The notes: a model not told the origin generated them from the sequence alone. A stretch of 64,000 nt of DNA from an uncultured delta proteobacterium (GCA_963843145.1 CAWJJC010000025.1:32001-96000), one strand, 5' to 3'. Counted from the first letter of the stretch, positions 1 to 10,842 are shown. Program-made: numbers and translations.

Positions 1-1199
1 TTCCCCAAAAATCCGGCGGGCAAACTCAAGAATTCAAAGACGTCCACCACCCCGGGGTTTACCAGATGCTCTCCGCTGCTTCCATAACCCAGGGCATTCA
101 CCAAATTATCGGCCAGATTAACCACGACGGCGTCCACCGAGGGAGGATAATTCAACGGATCGTGATGACCGCCAATGGCCTGTTGCAGGCTTAAGGGAAG
201 TTTCCATTTTTCCGCCAGGGCCAATCCGACCTGGAGGTGATCAAAGCCCAAAAACGTTTGCTCCATCAGATAATGAAACGACTGGGCCCGTCCGGCCTGG
301 GTTAAGGCAGCCGAGGCCTCCCGGGGATGGTTTCTAAAAATAATGAGCTTCCCCAGGTCGTGAAGCAGTCCGGAAATAAACAGTTGTTCGATGTTAAGAA
401 AATTTTTATAGCTGGCGATCAAGCGGGCGGTTATTCCGCAAGCCAGGCTGTGTTCCCAAAACCAGCCCATATTCATGAGTGCCGAAGGGATATCCCGAAA
501 TAAGGCAATAACCGAAGTCCCCAGGGTCAGGAGGTGCAACTGATCGCTGCCCACCAGGGCTACCGCTCGGGAAATGGTGTCCACCTGCTTGGGAAACCCA
601 TAGAAAGCGCTATTGACAATCCTTAACAGTTTGGCGGAAAGGTTGGGATCCTTGCTGATTACCTCGGCTATCTGAAAAGCGGAACTACGGGGGTTGTTGA
701 TGACCACCTCAATCTGGTAAAAAATCTCCGGCAGGGAGACCAGTTCCAGGTCCGGACCGATCAAGGATCGAGGATCGCCGAGAAAGGCTTGATAGGTAGG
801 AGAGGGTTCCTCCGTCGTCAAACCGGAAGGTGGCCCGCTTTCCGAGTCCGGAGCGGACCAATCTTTTTGATCGGAAAATTCCAGGTTTGCCGCGGCCAAC
901 CGATACAGCTCCTGGATGATCGGGTGGTCCGGATCGCATTTGGAAAACCTTTTTTCCCAGGGAGCTTTTTCTCCGCCATGGTGAATATCCGGAACCGCAG
1001 GCGAGGTTTCGCCGGAACCGGGCAACGGTTTAAGGGTCTCCAGAATATCGACTTCCTTCACCCCTCCAACCCTAACCAACCGTAAATGCTCAAAATCGAG
1101 GATGGTGCCTTTTTTCAGCAGCAGCCGGCCATCCGGTAGATGGATATCTTCTCCCAGGACCATCCCAGGATTGAGAGCGCCACTATTGACCTTGGTCAT
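1..1199 (-). CDS. HDOD domain signal-transduction protein (runs off the window at its 3' end)
   Basis: Not in the ORF track. ATG at 1199 (MTKVNSGALNPGMVLGEDI). Minus-strand translation gives HDOD motifs KDPNLSAKLLRIVNSAFYGF, FWEHSLACG, SGLLHDLGKL, GFDHLQVG and EKWKLP. Confidence 0.85.
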   Translation of the reverse strand, partial: MTKVNSGALNPGMVLGEDIHLPDGRLLLKKGTILDFEHLRLVRVGGVKEVDILETLKPLPGSGETSPAVPDIHHGGEKAPWEKRFSKCDPDHPIIQELYRLAAANLEFSDQKDWSAPDSESGPPSGLTTEEPSPTYQAFLGDPRSLIGPDLELVSLPEIFYQIEVVINNPRSSAFQIAEVISKDPNLSAKLLRIVNSAFYGFPKQVDTISRAVALVGSDQLHLLTLGTSVIALFRDIPSALMNMGWFWEHSLACGITARLIASYKNFLNIEQLFISGLLHDLGKLIIFRNHPREASAALTQAGRAQSFHYLMEQTFLGFDHLQVGLALAEKWKLPLSLQQAIGGHHDPLNYPPSVDAVVVNLADNLVNALGYGSSGEHLVNPGVVDVFEFLSLPAGFLG

Positions 1200-1653
1200 C
1201 GCTAAAAAAACCCCTTCTGATAGGATTCATCGAAAGAAAAGTAAAAAACTTAAAGGAAAACTCCCTAAAGATTTTGCACCAAGGGATGGTGATATTTATT
1301 ATTATCTAAATTTAATTGGTTTTTCAATTCTAATCGATCTCAGGGTGGAGGGCTGTCGGGTTTTCCCTGGTGGAGGGAACCATATCCCCCGCCTATCCGG
1401 CCGGCGGGGTCCGGCTACGGGACTCTCCTTCAACCTTTGCCTCCTCCATAGCCTGGATATTAAATAGCATTTAGATCTGGGAAAGGGGATTTACCGGGAA
1501 AAGGTGGGAAGTGGCGGTAATAATTAAAGAGATTAAGACGTGGGGTCATATTTTTCCGAGATTAAATGCTATCTTAAGATCCTCAATTAGACCGCTTTAT
1601 TGCACGTAATTTTGGAAAGAATGAACTAATTACAAGCACTGAACTTTTTTCAA

Positions 1654-1710
1654 TCACAACGTCAAAATAAGCCAGCGTTGCAGGCGATCGGCTGGATTGA
1701 TTTGTTAGGT
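1654..1710 (-). mobile_element. Solitary integron attC-like site
   Basis: Minus strand reads ACCTAAC-AAATC-AATCCAGCC-(loop)-GGCTTATT-TTGAC-GTTGTGA. R'' fits RYYYAAC, L''/L' pair imperfectly with an extra C, spacers are 5 nt, and R' is degenerate after GTT. Confidence 0.65.
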
Positions 1711-2073
1711 TGACTCAATACTTCCTCCCTGCCTAAATTTATCTTTCATCGCTATGTTCTCTGTCGGTAACGACCTATCATAGACAAGGGTCAAGAATTC
1801 GTAGATTTCCCTAAGCGTCGAGGCCAACGACTCTCTTGTGGCCACAAAGAACGAGTTGATAGGTATTAGGCGGACGAAATTTCTGTATTCCCTTCAAATT
1901 TTGGCCTATCCTGGTAAAATACGCGGGAAATGATTATGTTATGCAAAAGACGAAGTCAGGAAACCATAAATAGTCTTGAGGGGGAGTTTTAACTTTTTTG
2001 TCCATTTAAAAGTCTTATCAAAAGAACCGGAGCAAACCAGTTGCTCGCTTCAATCTAGCGGGGAGAATAAAAT

Positions 2074-2526
2074 ATGAAAAAAATCATCTGTTTGTTAAGC
2101 CTCCTTTTTTTGTTGACCATAATAGTGTCACCGAATCAGGCAGAGGCTGACCGTGGGGGTGGAGGTTTCGGTAGTCATGGAGGATTTAGCGGTGGCCACA
2201 GAGGGTTCTCTGGCGGCCACGGAGGGTTTCATAACCGAGGCCATTTCTACGGAGGTCCGCGGGTCTTTTTCGGCGGATACTTTGGCTTCCCCTACTACTA
2301 TCCATACGATTATTATCCTTACCCCTATTACTATCCTTACTCCGATCCATCTCCTTATTACCCGGATGCGGTTACCCAGCCTCCCGCCTACGCCGAACCG
2401 GAGCCAGACCCCTATTGGTACTACTGCCAGGCTCCCCCAGGGTATTACCCCTACGTTACAAGCTGTCCGGGTGGGTGGACGAGGGTGGTTCCGACTCCTC
2501 CCCCGTCGGAAAAAGAAAGGAGATAG
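2074..2526 (+). CDS. Secreted Gly/His/Tyr/Pro-rich protein
   Basis: GGAG RBS; signal peptide ending AEA; GGHxGF repeats; C-terminal YWYYCxxPxGYYPYVxxCPGGW motif. Confidence 0.8.
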   Translation: MKKIICLLSLLFLLTIIVSPNQAEADRGGGGFGSHGGFSGGHRGFSGGHGGFHNRGHFYGGPRVFFGGYFGFPYYYPYDYYPYPYYYPYSDPSPYYPDAVTQPPAYAEPEPDPYWYYCQAPPGYYPYVTSCPGGWTRVVPTPPPSEKERR

Positions 2527-2527
2527 T

Positions 2528-3172
2528 ATGAATTGGAAACCAGGTCTTCTCGTCCTCTTCCCGGTCCTGGTCCTGAGCGGATGCGCCACCATGCCGATAG
2601 GACCGACCGTCACGGTGATGCCGAACCCGGGAAAGCCCTTTGAAGTGTTCATGGCCGATGACGGCGTCTGCCGAGAGTGGGCTCAGCAGCAGATCGGGGG
2701 AACATCGCCAAGTCAAACCGCCAATGAAAACCTAGCCACCGGAGCGGCCGTTGGAACGGTGGTCGGGGCCGGTCTGGGTGCTTTGGTCGGTGCGGCCACG
2801 GGTAACGCGGGCGCCGGTGCGGCCATCGGAGCCGGTGCCGGTCTTCTCGGCGGAACCTCCATCGGAGGCAGCGCTGGCGCTTCTTCCGGGTATCAGCTCC
2901 AGAGGCGCTACGACATTGCCTATCAGCAATGCATGTATGCCAAGGGAAACCAGATCCCCGGTGTCGCCCGCCGTCCGACGCGGACCTACACACCACCCCC
3001 ACCCCCACCGGCTTATAGTGAAGGGGTATGGTTCACCGTACCGGGGCATTATATAAACGAAAAATGGGTCCCCGAACGTCGAGTCCGGGTCCCCTCGGAT
3101 TCCAAAAACCAGGTCCCGGCCCCCAGGCCACCTGCTTCACAACCGGGGCCTTCCGCACCGGCATCTCCATGA
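2528..3172 (+). CDS. Glycine-zipper lipoprotein
   Basis: ATG 2528; lipobox LSGC; GAAVGTVVGAGLGALVG zipper; RYDIAYQQCMYAKG motif; Pro-rich tail. Confidence 0.8.
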   Translation: MNWKPGLLVLFPVLVLSGCATMPIGPTVTVMPNPGKPFEVFMADDGVCREWAQQQIGGTSPSQTANENLATGAAVGTVVGAGLGALVGAATGNAGAGAAIGAGAGLLGGTSIGGSAGASSGYQLQRRYDIAYQQCMYAKGNQIPGVARRPTRTYTPPPPPPAYSEGVWFTVPGHYINEKWVPERRVRVPSDSKNQVPAPRPPASQPGPSAPASP

Positions 3173-3315
3173 AGATCCCCGCGAGAAGCAGCGGACTCAC
3201 TTTAATCCCCCGACCTTGGAGGCCAGGGGTATAAAATATATACCTGGAGATAATAAAAAATGGCTCTTATGGGCTGTCCTGTAAAGAAAACTACCTACTG
3301 GAAGGAGGCCATACA

Positions 3316-4212
3316 TTGAAAAAGTTGCTTTGGGGAACAATGCTTTTTGCGCTGCTAATTGTCCTTCCAATTTCAACGAGGGCAGCGGCAAATATTTACG
3401 TCGATATTTCTCTGCCTCCACCCATCGTCTTTCAGGCGCCTCCGCAGGTGATCGTGCTACCCGATACCCATGATGTTTACGTGGTTCCTACTATAGATGT
3501 AGATCTGTTTTTCTGGAATGGTTGGTGGTGGCGTCTATGGGAAGGTCGCTGGTACCGCTCACACTATTATGACCGGAGCTGGGGTTATTATGATAGTGTT
3601 CCCAGTTTTTATTTTGAGGTAGACCCGGGTTGGAGAGGATACTACAGAGACCATAATTGGTACGGGCACCGGTGGAATTATGAACGGATTCCTTACCACC
3701 AACTTCAACAGAACTGGAAGAGCTGGCATAATGATCGACATTGGGAAAGGCAAAGAACTTGGGACGTCCAGGGCTATCAACCCCGACCCCAACACCAGCT
3801 ACGGGAACTAAGACAAGAAAGGCAACAGCAATATCAACAGAGGCCAGAGGTTCAGCGACATCCGCCGCAGAGACCACCTCGGGTCCAGCAGCCAGGACAG
3901 GAACCTCAGGAAAGGGTTCAGCCGCTGCCAAGACGGGAGCCAAGACCGCAGGTCCAGCAACCACAGAGACCACCTCGGGTCCAGCAGCCAAGACAGGAAC
4001 CTCAGGAAAGGGTTCAGCCGCTGCCAAGACGAGAGCCAAGACCGCAGGTCCAGCAACCACAGAGACCACCTCGGGTCCAGCAGCCAAGGCAGGAACCTCG
4101 GGAAAGGGTTCAACAGCCGCCAAGACGAGAGCCAAGACCGCAGGTCCAGCAACCACAACACTCTCAGCCTCGGGGAAGACCTGAAGGAGAGGAGGGAGAC
4201 CATAGAAGGTAA
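3316..4212 (+). CDS. Secreted Trp/Tyr-rich protein with Pro/Gln/Arg tandem repeats
   Basis: GGAGG RBS and TTG start; signal peptide; LFFWNGWWWRLWEGRWYRS; three 32-aa repeats. Confidence 0.75.
   Translation: MKKLLWGTMLFALLIVLPISTRAAANIYVDISLPPPIVFQAPPQVIVLPDTHDVYVVPTIDVDLFFWNGWWWRLWEGRWYRSHYYDRSWGYYDSVPSFYFEVDPGWRGYYRDHNWYGHRWNYERIPYHQLQQNWKSWHNDRHWERQRTWDVQGYQPRPQHQLRELRQERQQQYQQRPEVQRHPPQRPPRVQQPGQEPQERVQPLPRREPRPQVQQPQRPPRVQQPRQEPQERVQPLPRREPRPQVQQPQRPPRVQQPRQEPRERVQQPPRREPRPQVQQPQHSQPRGRPEGEEGDHRR
3868..4155 (+). repeat. Coding tandem repeat, 3 x 96 bp
   Basis: Units start CAGAGACCACCTCGGGTCCAG at 3868, 3964 and 4060 and encode QRPPRVQQP(G/R)QEP(Q/R)ERVQ(PL/QP)PRREPRPQVQQP. Confidence 0.9.
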
Positions 4213-4214
4213 GC

Positions 4215-4400
4215 TGATAAAAGGGGAAACAAGAAATTCTCAATTCCCTTTTCGGAAGTCTTGGCCTTGATCCATAACCCCAACCCGGTCCGGTCCGCCC
4301 GGAGACGGACATCAACGACGGTTCTGATCCCTTTGGCCAGGAGAATTGTCAGAAAATCCTTCGGGGCCCGGCCTCCGTACCCAATGGTGTAAAATTTCAT
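4215..4400 (-). pseudogene. DUF488-family N-terminal fragment
   Basis: MKFYTIGYGGR...GIRTVVDVRL matches the DUF488 N-terminus; the frame then degenerates into the neighbouring gene. Confidence 0.55.
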
Positions 4401-4453
4401 AGATTCCACCCTTAGGTTCCTATGGCTTCGAAGTCCCTGGAATAGGGGAAATT

Positions 4454-4723
4454 CTATTTAACATTATCTTTCAGACCCTTCCCGGGGTTGAACTTTGGGA
4501 CCTTTTTTCCGTCAATACTAATTTTCTCTCCCGTTTTCGGATTCCGCCCCTTCCGGGGAGGTTTGTCGACCACGCTGAAGGTTCCAAACCCGGCCAAAGT
4601 CACCCGGTCTCCCTCCTTCAGGGCCTTGGCTATCACTCCAAAGACTGAATCCACCACCACCTCGGCTTCCTTTTTCTTTGAAACGACTTTCGCTAATTCA
4701 TTTACAAGATCCCCTTTGTTCAT
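4454..4723 (-). CDS. hup: HU family DNA-binding protein
   Basis: MNKGDLV...VTLAGFGTFSV...RKGRNPKTGEKI...VPKFNPGKGLKDNVK. Confidence 0.9.
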   Translation of the reverse strand: MNKGDLVNELAKVVSKKKEAEVVVDSVFGVIAKALKEGDRVTLAGFGTFSVVDKPPRKGRNPKTGEKISIDGKKVPKFNPGKGLKDNVK

Positions 4724-4962
4724 CAGCAGTCTCCCCTTTCCCGGCTTTTTTTGATTCCGTTGAGTTCACCCGGGAGTATTATGGAGAACTAGATGAAAAT
4801 ATAAAGGAAATAAATCAGTTGGTTTCAGGAGTACTTCCTGCTACTCAAGTCTCAACTACCCCAAAACGGCAGGATTTGTATCGGTAATCAGCTAAAGTCG
4901 CCTCCCATAGATTGATTTTCCATGGCAAAAATTTTCTCCCCGGCATCAAATTGGTGTTCGGA

Positions 4963-5553
4963 TCAAGATGACTTTAGCCTCTTCGTCCAGGCGATCAGGG
5001 CAACAAGCAATTCCCTTATTTTTTCCCTCGTTTTGTCGTCTGTAAGACGGCCATTCTGGTCAATCTTCTGCTCTACAAATGGTACCATGACCTCGGGCTT
5101 ATTTAATGGGTACATGTCCAAAAAGACAAAGCTCTGCCGGAGGTGATATTGAGCCCGTGCCGTGCCGAGCATGCCTATTGATGCGCCCATTACGGCCACT
5201 GGTTTACCGTTCCAGACGTTATCCCCGTAAGGCCGTGAAGCGGAATCGATGGCATTCTTGAGTACACCAGGGATGGAGTAGTTATATTCCGGGGTAACAA
5301 TCAAAATGGCATCGGCCGTCTTAATCTTTTCTTTGAACTCCTTGACCCTGTCTGGGGGTTGGCTTTCAAGATCCTGGTTAAAGGGCGGAATGCCATTGAG
5401 GTCAAAGACTTTAAGTCTGGCATCTTCCGGTACCAACTCTGCCGCCACCCGTAAGAGTGCCTTATTAAAAGAATTTTTTCATAAACTGCCTGCAATCCCG
5501 AGAATCGAAATGGTTTTATCCTTTATCTCTGCTGTTTCTGTGTGTTTTTCCAC
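4963..5553 (-). pseudogene. NADPH-dependent FMN reductase (ChrR/YieF-like) with an in-frame TGA at 5479-5481
   Basis: GTG at 5553 follows an AGGAG RBS. ILGIAGSL*KNSFNKALL has TGA at the conserved GSLR Arg. TPEYNYSIPGVLKNAID motif downstream. Confidence 0.75.
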
Positions 5554-5657
5554 GAATAAAGTCTCCTTTCTATGTATTCCCAGGCATATCTAAATTTTCT
5601 CTTGACAGGATTAATATAGGATGTCCCCTCTGGCCTCCACTCTTGTCGGGCAAGGGT

Positions 5658-5918
5658 TTAGCCCATCGTTGCGTCTACGTAACAGTAGCGCCAATCCTCA
5701 CCCGGCTCGGCTGACCTGATCACTTCGTGGCCGGTCTTCTGGTAGTGCTTGGTGGCGTGCTTGCCGATTGATGAGTCGCAGCAACCCACGTGACCGCACA
5801 CGAGGCACTTGCGCAGGTGCACCCACGACTGGCCGATCTTGAGGCACTCCTCGCACCCCTGGGTGGGCGCCTTGGGCTCGGGTACCGGAACGCTCTTCAT
5901 GTGTTCACATGTTGACAT
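5658..5918 (-). CDS. UBP-type zinc finger protein
   Basis: CEECL...WVHLRKCLVCGHVGCCDSSIGKHATKH...EPGEDWRYCY. Confidence 0.9.
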   Translation of the reverse strand: MSTCEHMKSVPVPEPKAPTQGCEECLKIGQSWVHLRKCLVCGHVGCCDSSIGKHATKHYQKTGHEVIRSAEPGEDWRYCYVDATMG

Positions 5919-5974
5919 TGGATTCTCCTCTCAAAGGCTGAAGCTCATCCTTCTGCCATGCGGGCGATCCTCCG

Positions 5975-6892
5975 CTATGCGCGTCGCGCGGGCACAGGTT
6001 TCTTGTAGGTGAACGCCTTCGCATCCCACCGGCCGAGGGTGGTCGCGACACCGTAGACGCCTTCGAGGAAGGCGAGGATCGCCTGACGGGGATCACGGCT
6101 GGTGCGAACAGCCTCGTAGGGCATCACCCACTCACCCATCGCCTCGACCCACCCCGCGTGCTCGGACCCGACCGGGGCGGTCTCGCACCCATCGGGCCGT
6201 GGGACGAGGTAGCCGTAGAAAGCGGGATACGGGGTATTGTCGTCGCCGGGCCAGAAACCGGCGTTCATGTGTTGGGCGTCAAGGTCGTAGCGCATTATGT
6301 AGCCGCGGTCATCTGGCGCCTTTTGATGTTCTCCCGTGAACAGCAGTACTGCGAAGTCGAAGCCGCCCCACCAGAACTGCACGCCGCTACGGCCAAAGAA
6401 CCCCGAGCGAAATTCTGCGAAGACCGAGTTGATCGAGGCGAGAACCCGGCAGAAGCGCTGGGCGTCCCCGGCAACGATCGTGCAGTCGTGTCTGTTCTGT
6501 GAGAATGGTGTGGTATCGGCGAGCTCCTGGGGCTTCTCCCAGATATCGAAGTCGAGGCCCAGGCCGGCGAGGGCATCCCGGAAACCCGACCAGATGTCGG
6601 CGACGCAGCGGCCGGGGCCGAGCGGCACGGTCGCTACGCGGCCGTCGCTCACGCGGATCCAGATGGCGCTGTCGTATACGTCGATGCCCATCGATACGAT
6701 GTCTGTGCCCCGTGGCATCGCAGCCGTGGTGAATCCCCGGCCGTCGAGATAGAGGCACGCGTGAAGCCATTCCGGCTGGGGTGGCGAAAGCGCCAGCCTC
6801 GCTTTGCCGATCATCTGCGCGCACATGTGGAGCGTCTTCTTAGTGGGCATCCACGCCTCGTACGGAAGGGCGGGCCATGCGTCGTGGTTCAT
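5975..6892 (-). CDS. DUF5996-family protein
   Basis: ATG 6892 after GGAGG; WPALPYEAW, TLHMCAQMIGKARL, VQFWWGGFD, AGFWPGD, AFYGY. Visibly more GC-rich than its flanks. Confidence 0.75.
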   Translation of the reverse strand: MNHDAWPALPYEAWMPTKKTLHMCAQMIGKARLALSPPQPEWLHACLYLDGRGFTTAAMPRGTDIVSMGIDVYDSAIWIRVSDGRVATVPLGPGRCVADIWSGFRDALAGLGLDFDIWEKPQELADTTPFSQNRHDCTIVAGDAQRFCRVLASINSVFAEFRSGFFGRSGVQFWWGGFDFAVLLFTGEHQKAPDDRGYIMRYDLDAQHMNAGFWPGDDNTPYPAFYGYLVPRPDGCETAPVGSEHAGWVEAMGEWVMPYEAVRTSRDPRQAILAFLEGVYGVATTLGRWDAKAFTYKKPVPARRA

Positions 6893-7697
6893 GATACCTC
6901 CTTGATCACCGCGGGCGATCGTACCCATCCAAACCTTTGGAGATTTATTGGGACTTAATCCCCACGGCCATGTTCTCATTACCGAAGGCTGTTTCCCCAA
7001 ACTAGGTCGCCCGGCCTGTTAAACTAAATCAATGTTCCTCTATTACGTTTTCTATTATAACCTCTTCCTCGGCTTCGTCAAAATGAAATTATGAATAACC
7101 TGGTTATCTTTCCATTTATTGAAATACTCTAGGGATGTCCCATCTGATTGTAGGGCACCCTCTTAAGTTCAACCCGTAATTGCTAATACAAAAACAAGCT
7201 AATAGTGAATAGTAGTATGTGTATTTAAGGAGCGTTGAAATATTATTAAATATCATATAGTTATGAATATCTAAAAGCTAACCTTGGAATCTTTCTTGGC
7301 CTATTTCAGGGGGCGTTTTCCATCCATTCCGGAGCCGATCTATTTTCGATTAAAATCTTCTTAGGGGGTGACAGCACCATGGCCTGTAAGTACCCAATAA
7401 TATTTATATCCTTTATGGGAAACAGACAGGTCACCTCGCTTATTACCGTTGCAAATCCGGAGGTTTTTTGGGGGTTAATAGGGGGAAATAAACATTATAT
7501 TTAAATGGTTAGGTGGTTATATGAAGAAGTGCTTCCTGAAGCCTTGTAAGTTCGATTTGTGAAAAATCCGAGGTGTACAAACAGTATCTAATGAAAATAA
7601 TTTGAGAATTATTGCCTTTATGATAATAAAGGGGAGGACCGCCTTTAAAAATAATTAACAAGTTTTCTTGTTGGCCACCTTTAATCAAGGAGTTACC

Positions 7698-10355
7698 ATG
7701 ATTGCCCGAGACATCACCGACCGCAAGAGGGCGGAGGAATCGGCAAAAGCGCGGTTTAGGATGGTGGACGCGGCCACCACCAAATCCTCCGAAGAGCTGA
7801 TGCAAATTGCCCTGGATGAGATTGAAGTTCAAACCGGCAGTTCAATTGGTTTCTTCCATTTTATCCTGCCCGACCAAGAGACTATCGCCTTGCAGACTTG
7901 GTCAACAAACACACTTAATTCTATGTGTACCGCCGAAGGCCAATACAGTCATTATCCAATCTCCCAGGGAGGGGTCTGGTCAGATTGTATCCGTCAGAGG
8001 GGTCCGGTGATTCATAATGACTATGTCTCGTTGCCCCACCGCAAGGGAATGCCGGAGGGTCATGCTCAGGTGGTTAGAGAACTGACTTTTCCTATTATTC
8101 GAAACGACCGAATCGTAGCGGCTATGGGCGTGGGGAACAAAAAGACGGATTACAATGCCACAGATGTTGAAGTTGCTTTGCTGCTCGGAGATTTTTCATG
8201 GGAACTTATTGAGCGCAAGCGGGCCGAGGAGGCGCTGCGGGAGAGCGAAGAATTGTACCGAAGTGTGTTCAAAGATCACACGGCCGTCAAGCTTCTCATC
8301 GATCCGGATGACGGGAGCATTATCGAAGCCAATGAAGCGGCCATACAATTTTACGGATGGTCACACGAACAGCTCCAGCAGATGAAGATTCAGGAGATCA
8401 ATACGCTTTCTCCTGAAGACGTCAAAAAGGAGATGGAAGATGCCCGTTCCGGAAAACGGCGGTACTTTGAATTCCGTCACCGACGGGCGGATGAATCGAT
8501 TCGGGATGTTGAAGTGTTCAGCAGCATGATCAGGGAAAAAGGGAAAGGTCTTCTTCAATCCGATATCCATGACATCACCGAGCGCAAGCTGGCCGAGAAG
8601 GTGCTGCGGGAGAGCGAGGAGCGCTTCCGCTTGCTGGTGGAAAATGCACCGGAGGCCATCTATATTCAGACCCAAGGAAATTTCGCTTATGTAAACCAGG
8701 CTGCTGTCAGGCTGTTCCGGGCGATATCCCCGGACCAACTCCTCGGCCAACCCATCTTGAGTCGAGTACACCCCGATTATCAGGAAATAGTTCGGGAGCG
8801 CATCCGGTTGATCAACGAGGAAAGAAGAGAGATCTCAATGATAGAACAGCGATGCCTCAAACTCGATGGGACCTTCTTTTATGCGGAGGTCTCAGCCGTG
8901 CCCTTTCTCTATGAGGGCCAGAAAGGTGCCCTGGTTTTTTGCCGGGACATCACCGAGCGGAAGCGGGCCGAGGAAAAGCTGCACGAACTCGCTCAACGCC
9001 TCAGCCACCATGTGGATCATTCCCCCCTGGCAGTGATCGAGTGGGGGCCGGATATGCGGTTGATTCGCTGGTCTAACGAGGCGGAGCGTATTTTTGGCTG
9101 GCGGGCGGAAGAAGTCCTCGGCAAGCGCATGGAAGATTTCCGCTGGATTTATGAAGAGGACCAGGCTGAAGTCGCCGAGGTCTCCACAGATTTGACGAAC
9201 GGGACCAACCCGCAGCGGTTTTCTTCCAATCGCAACTACTGCAAGGACGGCACGGTCATCCACTGCGAGTGGTACAACTCTTCGTTGCTGGATGAATCGG
9301 ACAAGCTCAGGTCGATCCTATCGCAGGTGCTGGACATCACCGAGCGCAAGCAGGCGGAAGAGGCTTTAAGAGGAAGCGAGGCCAATCTGGTCAGGGCCCA
9401 GTCCATCTCCCATCTGGCCAACTGGGAGTTGGACATCGAGACCGAAAAGGTGCAAGGCTCGGAGGAACTGTATCGCCTGTTCAACCTGGCAGCGGATTTC
9501 ACCTTGGGGGCTTATGTCGAGAAGTTCCATCCCGATGATCGAGCCTATGTGGTCGATTCGATCAATGCCGCTATTCACGAAGGCAAACCCTACAGCATCG
9601 ACTATCGCATCATTCCGAGAGCCGACGATATCCGCTATGTACACGCCCAAGGGGAGGCGGCCTATGATAAGGCCGGCCTTCCGATAAAGTTTTTTGGGAT
9701 TGTCCAGGACATCACCGAGCGCAAGCAGGCCGAGGAAAGAATAAAATCCCTCCTGAAAGAAAAGGAACTCCTCCTCCGGGAGGTCCACCATCGTCTTAAG
9801 AATAACATGTTAGTCATGATGGCCCTGGTGACGTTGCAATCGAAAACGCTGAAAACCCCGGAGGCCGTAGCCGCTCTGGCCGATATTAGAGGCCGTCTGC
9901 AAAGTCAGTATGTGTTGTACGACAAATTGTACCGTAAAGATAATTTAAAAGAAATGTCAACCACGGACTACATCCCGGCCCTGGTAAATAAGATCATCGA
10001 TACTTTCCCTGATCAAGCGTCAATAAAGATTGAAACTCATGTCGATGAGTTTCTGCTTGGCGTAGAAACAATTTTTCCCCTGGGAATCATCATCAACGAG
10101 CTCTTAACGAACTCCATGAAATACGCCTTCATCGGCCGGGACGAAGGATTGATTATAGTATCGGCCACAAACAAGGATCATCGCGTGACCCTCGCTATCG
10201 AGGACAATGGTATCGGTCTTCCGGAATCGATTGATTTGAAAACATCCTGTGGGTTTGGACTTAAGTTGGTTGGTATGCTGACCAGTCAACTCCGCGGGAC
10301 TATCATGATTGAACGGGAGAAAGGGACCCGGTTTATTCTTGAATTTAAAATATAG
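7698..10355 (+). CDS. GAF/multi-PAS sensor histidine kinase (HisKA_2 type)
   Basis: Repeated DITERK PAC motifs; H-box LLREVHHRLKNN; INELLTNSMKYAF; EDNGIG; GFGL. Confidence 0.9.
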   Translation: MIARDITDRKRAEESAKARFRMVDAATTKSSEELMQIALDEIEVQTGSSIGFFHFILPDQETIALQTWSTNTLNSMCTAEGQYSHYPISQGGVWSDCIRQRGPVIHNDYVSLPHRKGMPEGHAQVVRELTFPIIRNDRIVAAMGVGNKKTDYNATDVEVALLLGDFSWELIERKRAEEALRESEELYRSVFKDHTAVKLLIDPDDGSIIEANEAAIQFYGWSHEQLQQMKIQEINTLSPEDVKKEMEDARSGKRRYFEFRHRRADESIRDVEVFSSMIREKGKGLLQSDIHDITERKLAEKVLRESEERFRLLVENAPEAIYIQTQGNFAYVNQAAVRLFRAISPDQLLGQPILSRVHPDYQEIVRERIRLINEERREISMIEQRCLKLDGTFFYAEVSAVPFLYEGQKGALVFCRDITERKRAEEKLHELAQRLSHHVDHSPLAVIEWGPDMRLIRWSNEAERIFGWRAEEVLGKRMEDFRWIYEEDQAEVAEVSTDLTNGTNPQRFSSNRNYCKDGTVIHCEWYNSSLLDESDKLRSILSQVLDITERKQAEEALRGSEANLVRAQSISHLANWELDIETEKVQGSEELYRLFNLAADFTLGAYVEKFHPDDRAYVVDSINAAIHEGKPYSIDYRIIPRADDIRYVHAQGEAAYDKAGLPIKFFGIVQDITERKQAEERIKSLLKEKELLLREVHHRLKNNMLVMMALVTLQSKTLKTPEAVAALADIRGRLQSQYVLYDKLYRKDNLKEMSTTDYIPALVNKIIDTFPDQASIKIETHVDEFLLGVETIFPLGIIINELLTNSMKYAFIGRDEGLIIVSATNKDHRVTLAIEDNGIGLPESIDLKTSCGFGLKLVGMLTSQLRGTIMIEREKGTRFILEFKI

Positions 10356-10419
10356 CATTGATTCTTTGATTCTTTCAGAACCCCACAAGAAGGCGATTAT
10401 AAAATCTCAAGAAAATTCT

Positions 10420-10842
10420 TTAACCATAAAAAGCAAGATCCGCACCCTAATTGTCGATGACAATTCCATACTCCGCAAAGGATTAAAATCCGTTCTTTTC
10501 TCTTCCCCGATTTTCGATATCGTGGGTGAAGCCGCCGATGGTCTTGAGGCCGTTGATTCCGTCGAAAAATATCATCCCGACCTGGTCATGATGGATCTAT
10601 TCTTGCCCCGGATCGACGGTATAAACGCTACCCAGGAAATCAAGAAGAAGTGGCCGGGAACTAAAATCTTGGTTTTCACCGTTCATAATACCCCTGAATA
10701 CCTGACGGCTGTCTTGAAGGCCGGTGCGGACGGGTATCTTTCAAAAGATTCTTCCCACTCCGAATTGATTCAATCCATCCAAGATATCCTGGATGTAAAG
10801 CAAGGACTTCATCCGAGCCTCATGGAAGATCCCCCCCGCTAA
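10420..10842 (+). CDS. NarL-type receiver domain lacking an output HTH (start uncertain, possibly truncated)
   Basis: LIVDD...VGEAADG...PDLVMMDLFLP...GADGYLSK. Confidence 0.7.
   Translation, partial: LTIKSKIRTLIVDDNSILRKGLKSVLFSSPIFDIVGEAADGLEAVDSVEKYHPDLVMMDLFLPRIDGINATQEIKKKWPGTKILVFTVHNTPEYLTAVLKAGADGYLSKDSSHSELIQSIQDILDVKQGLHPSLMEDPPR

Noticed and set aside
3868-4155. Regular repeats as a CRISPR array
   Set aside because: These are contiguous 96-bp in-frame coding repeats with no unique spacers and no cas genes.
3491-4315. Long antisense or overlapping ORFs (also 16712-17464, 23885-24607, 57551-58672)
   Set aside because: Shadow frames of well-supported genes in GC-rich or repetitive DNA, with no recognisable motifs.
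5479-5481. In-frame TGA in the FMN reductase as possible Sec
   Set aside because: It replaces the conserved Arg of GSLR (CGA to TGA), not a Cys, and the downstream sequence is AT-rich with no hairpin. A nonsense mutation or sequencing error is more likely.
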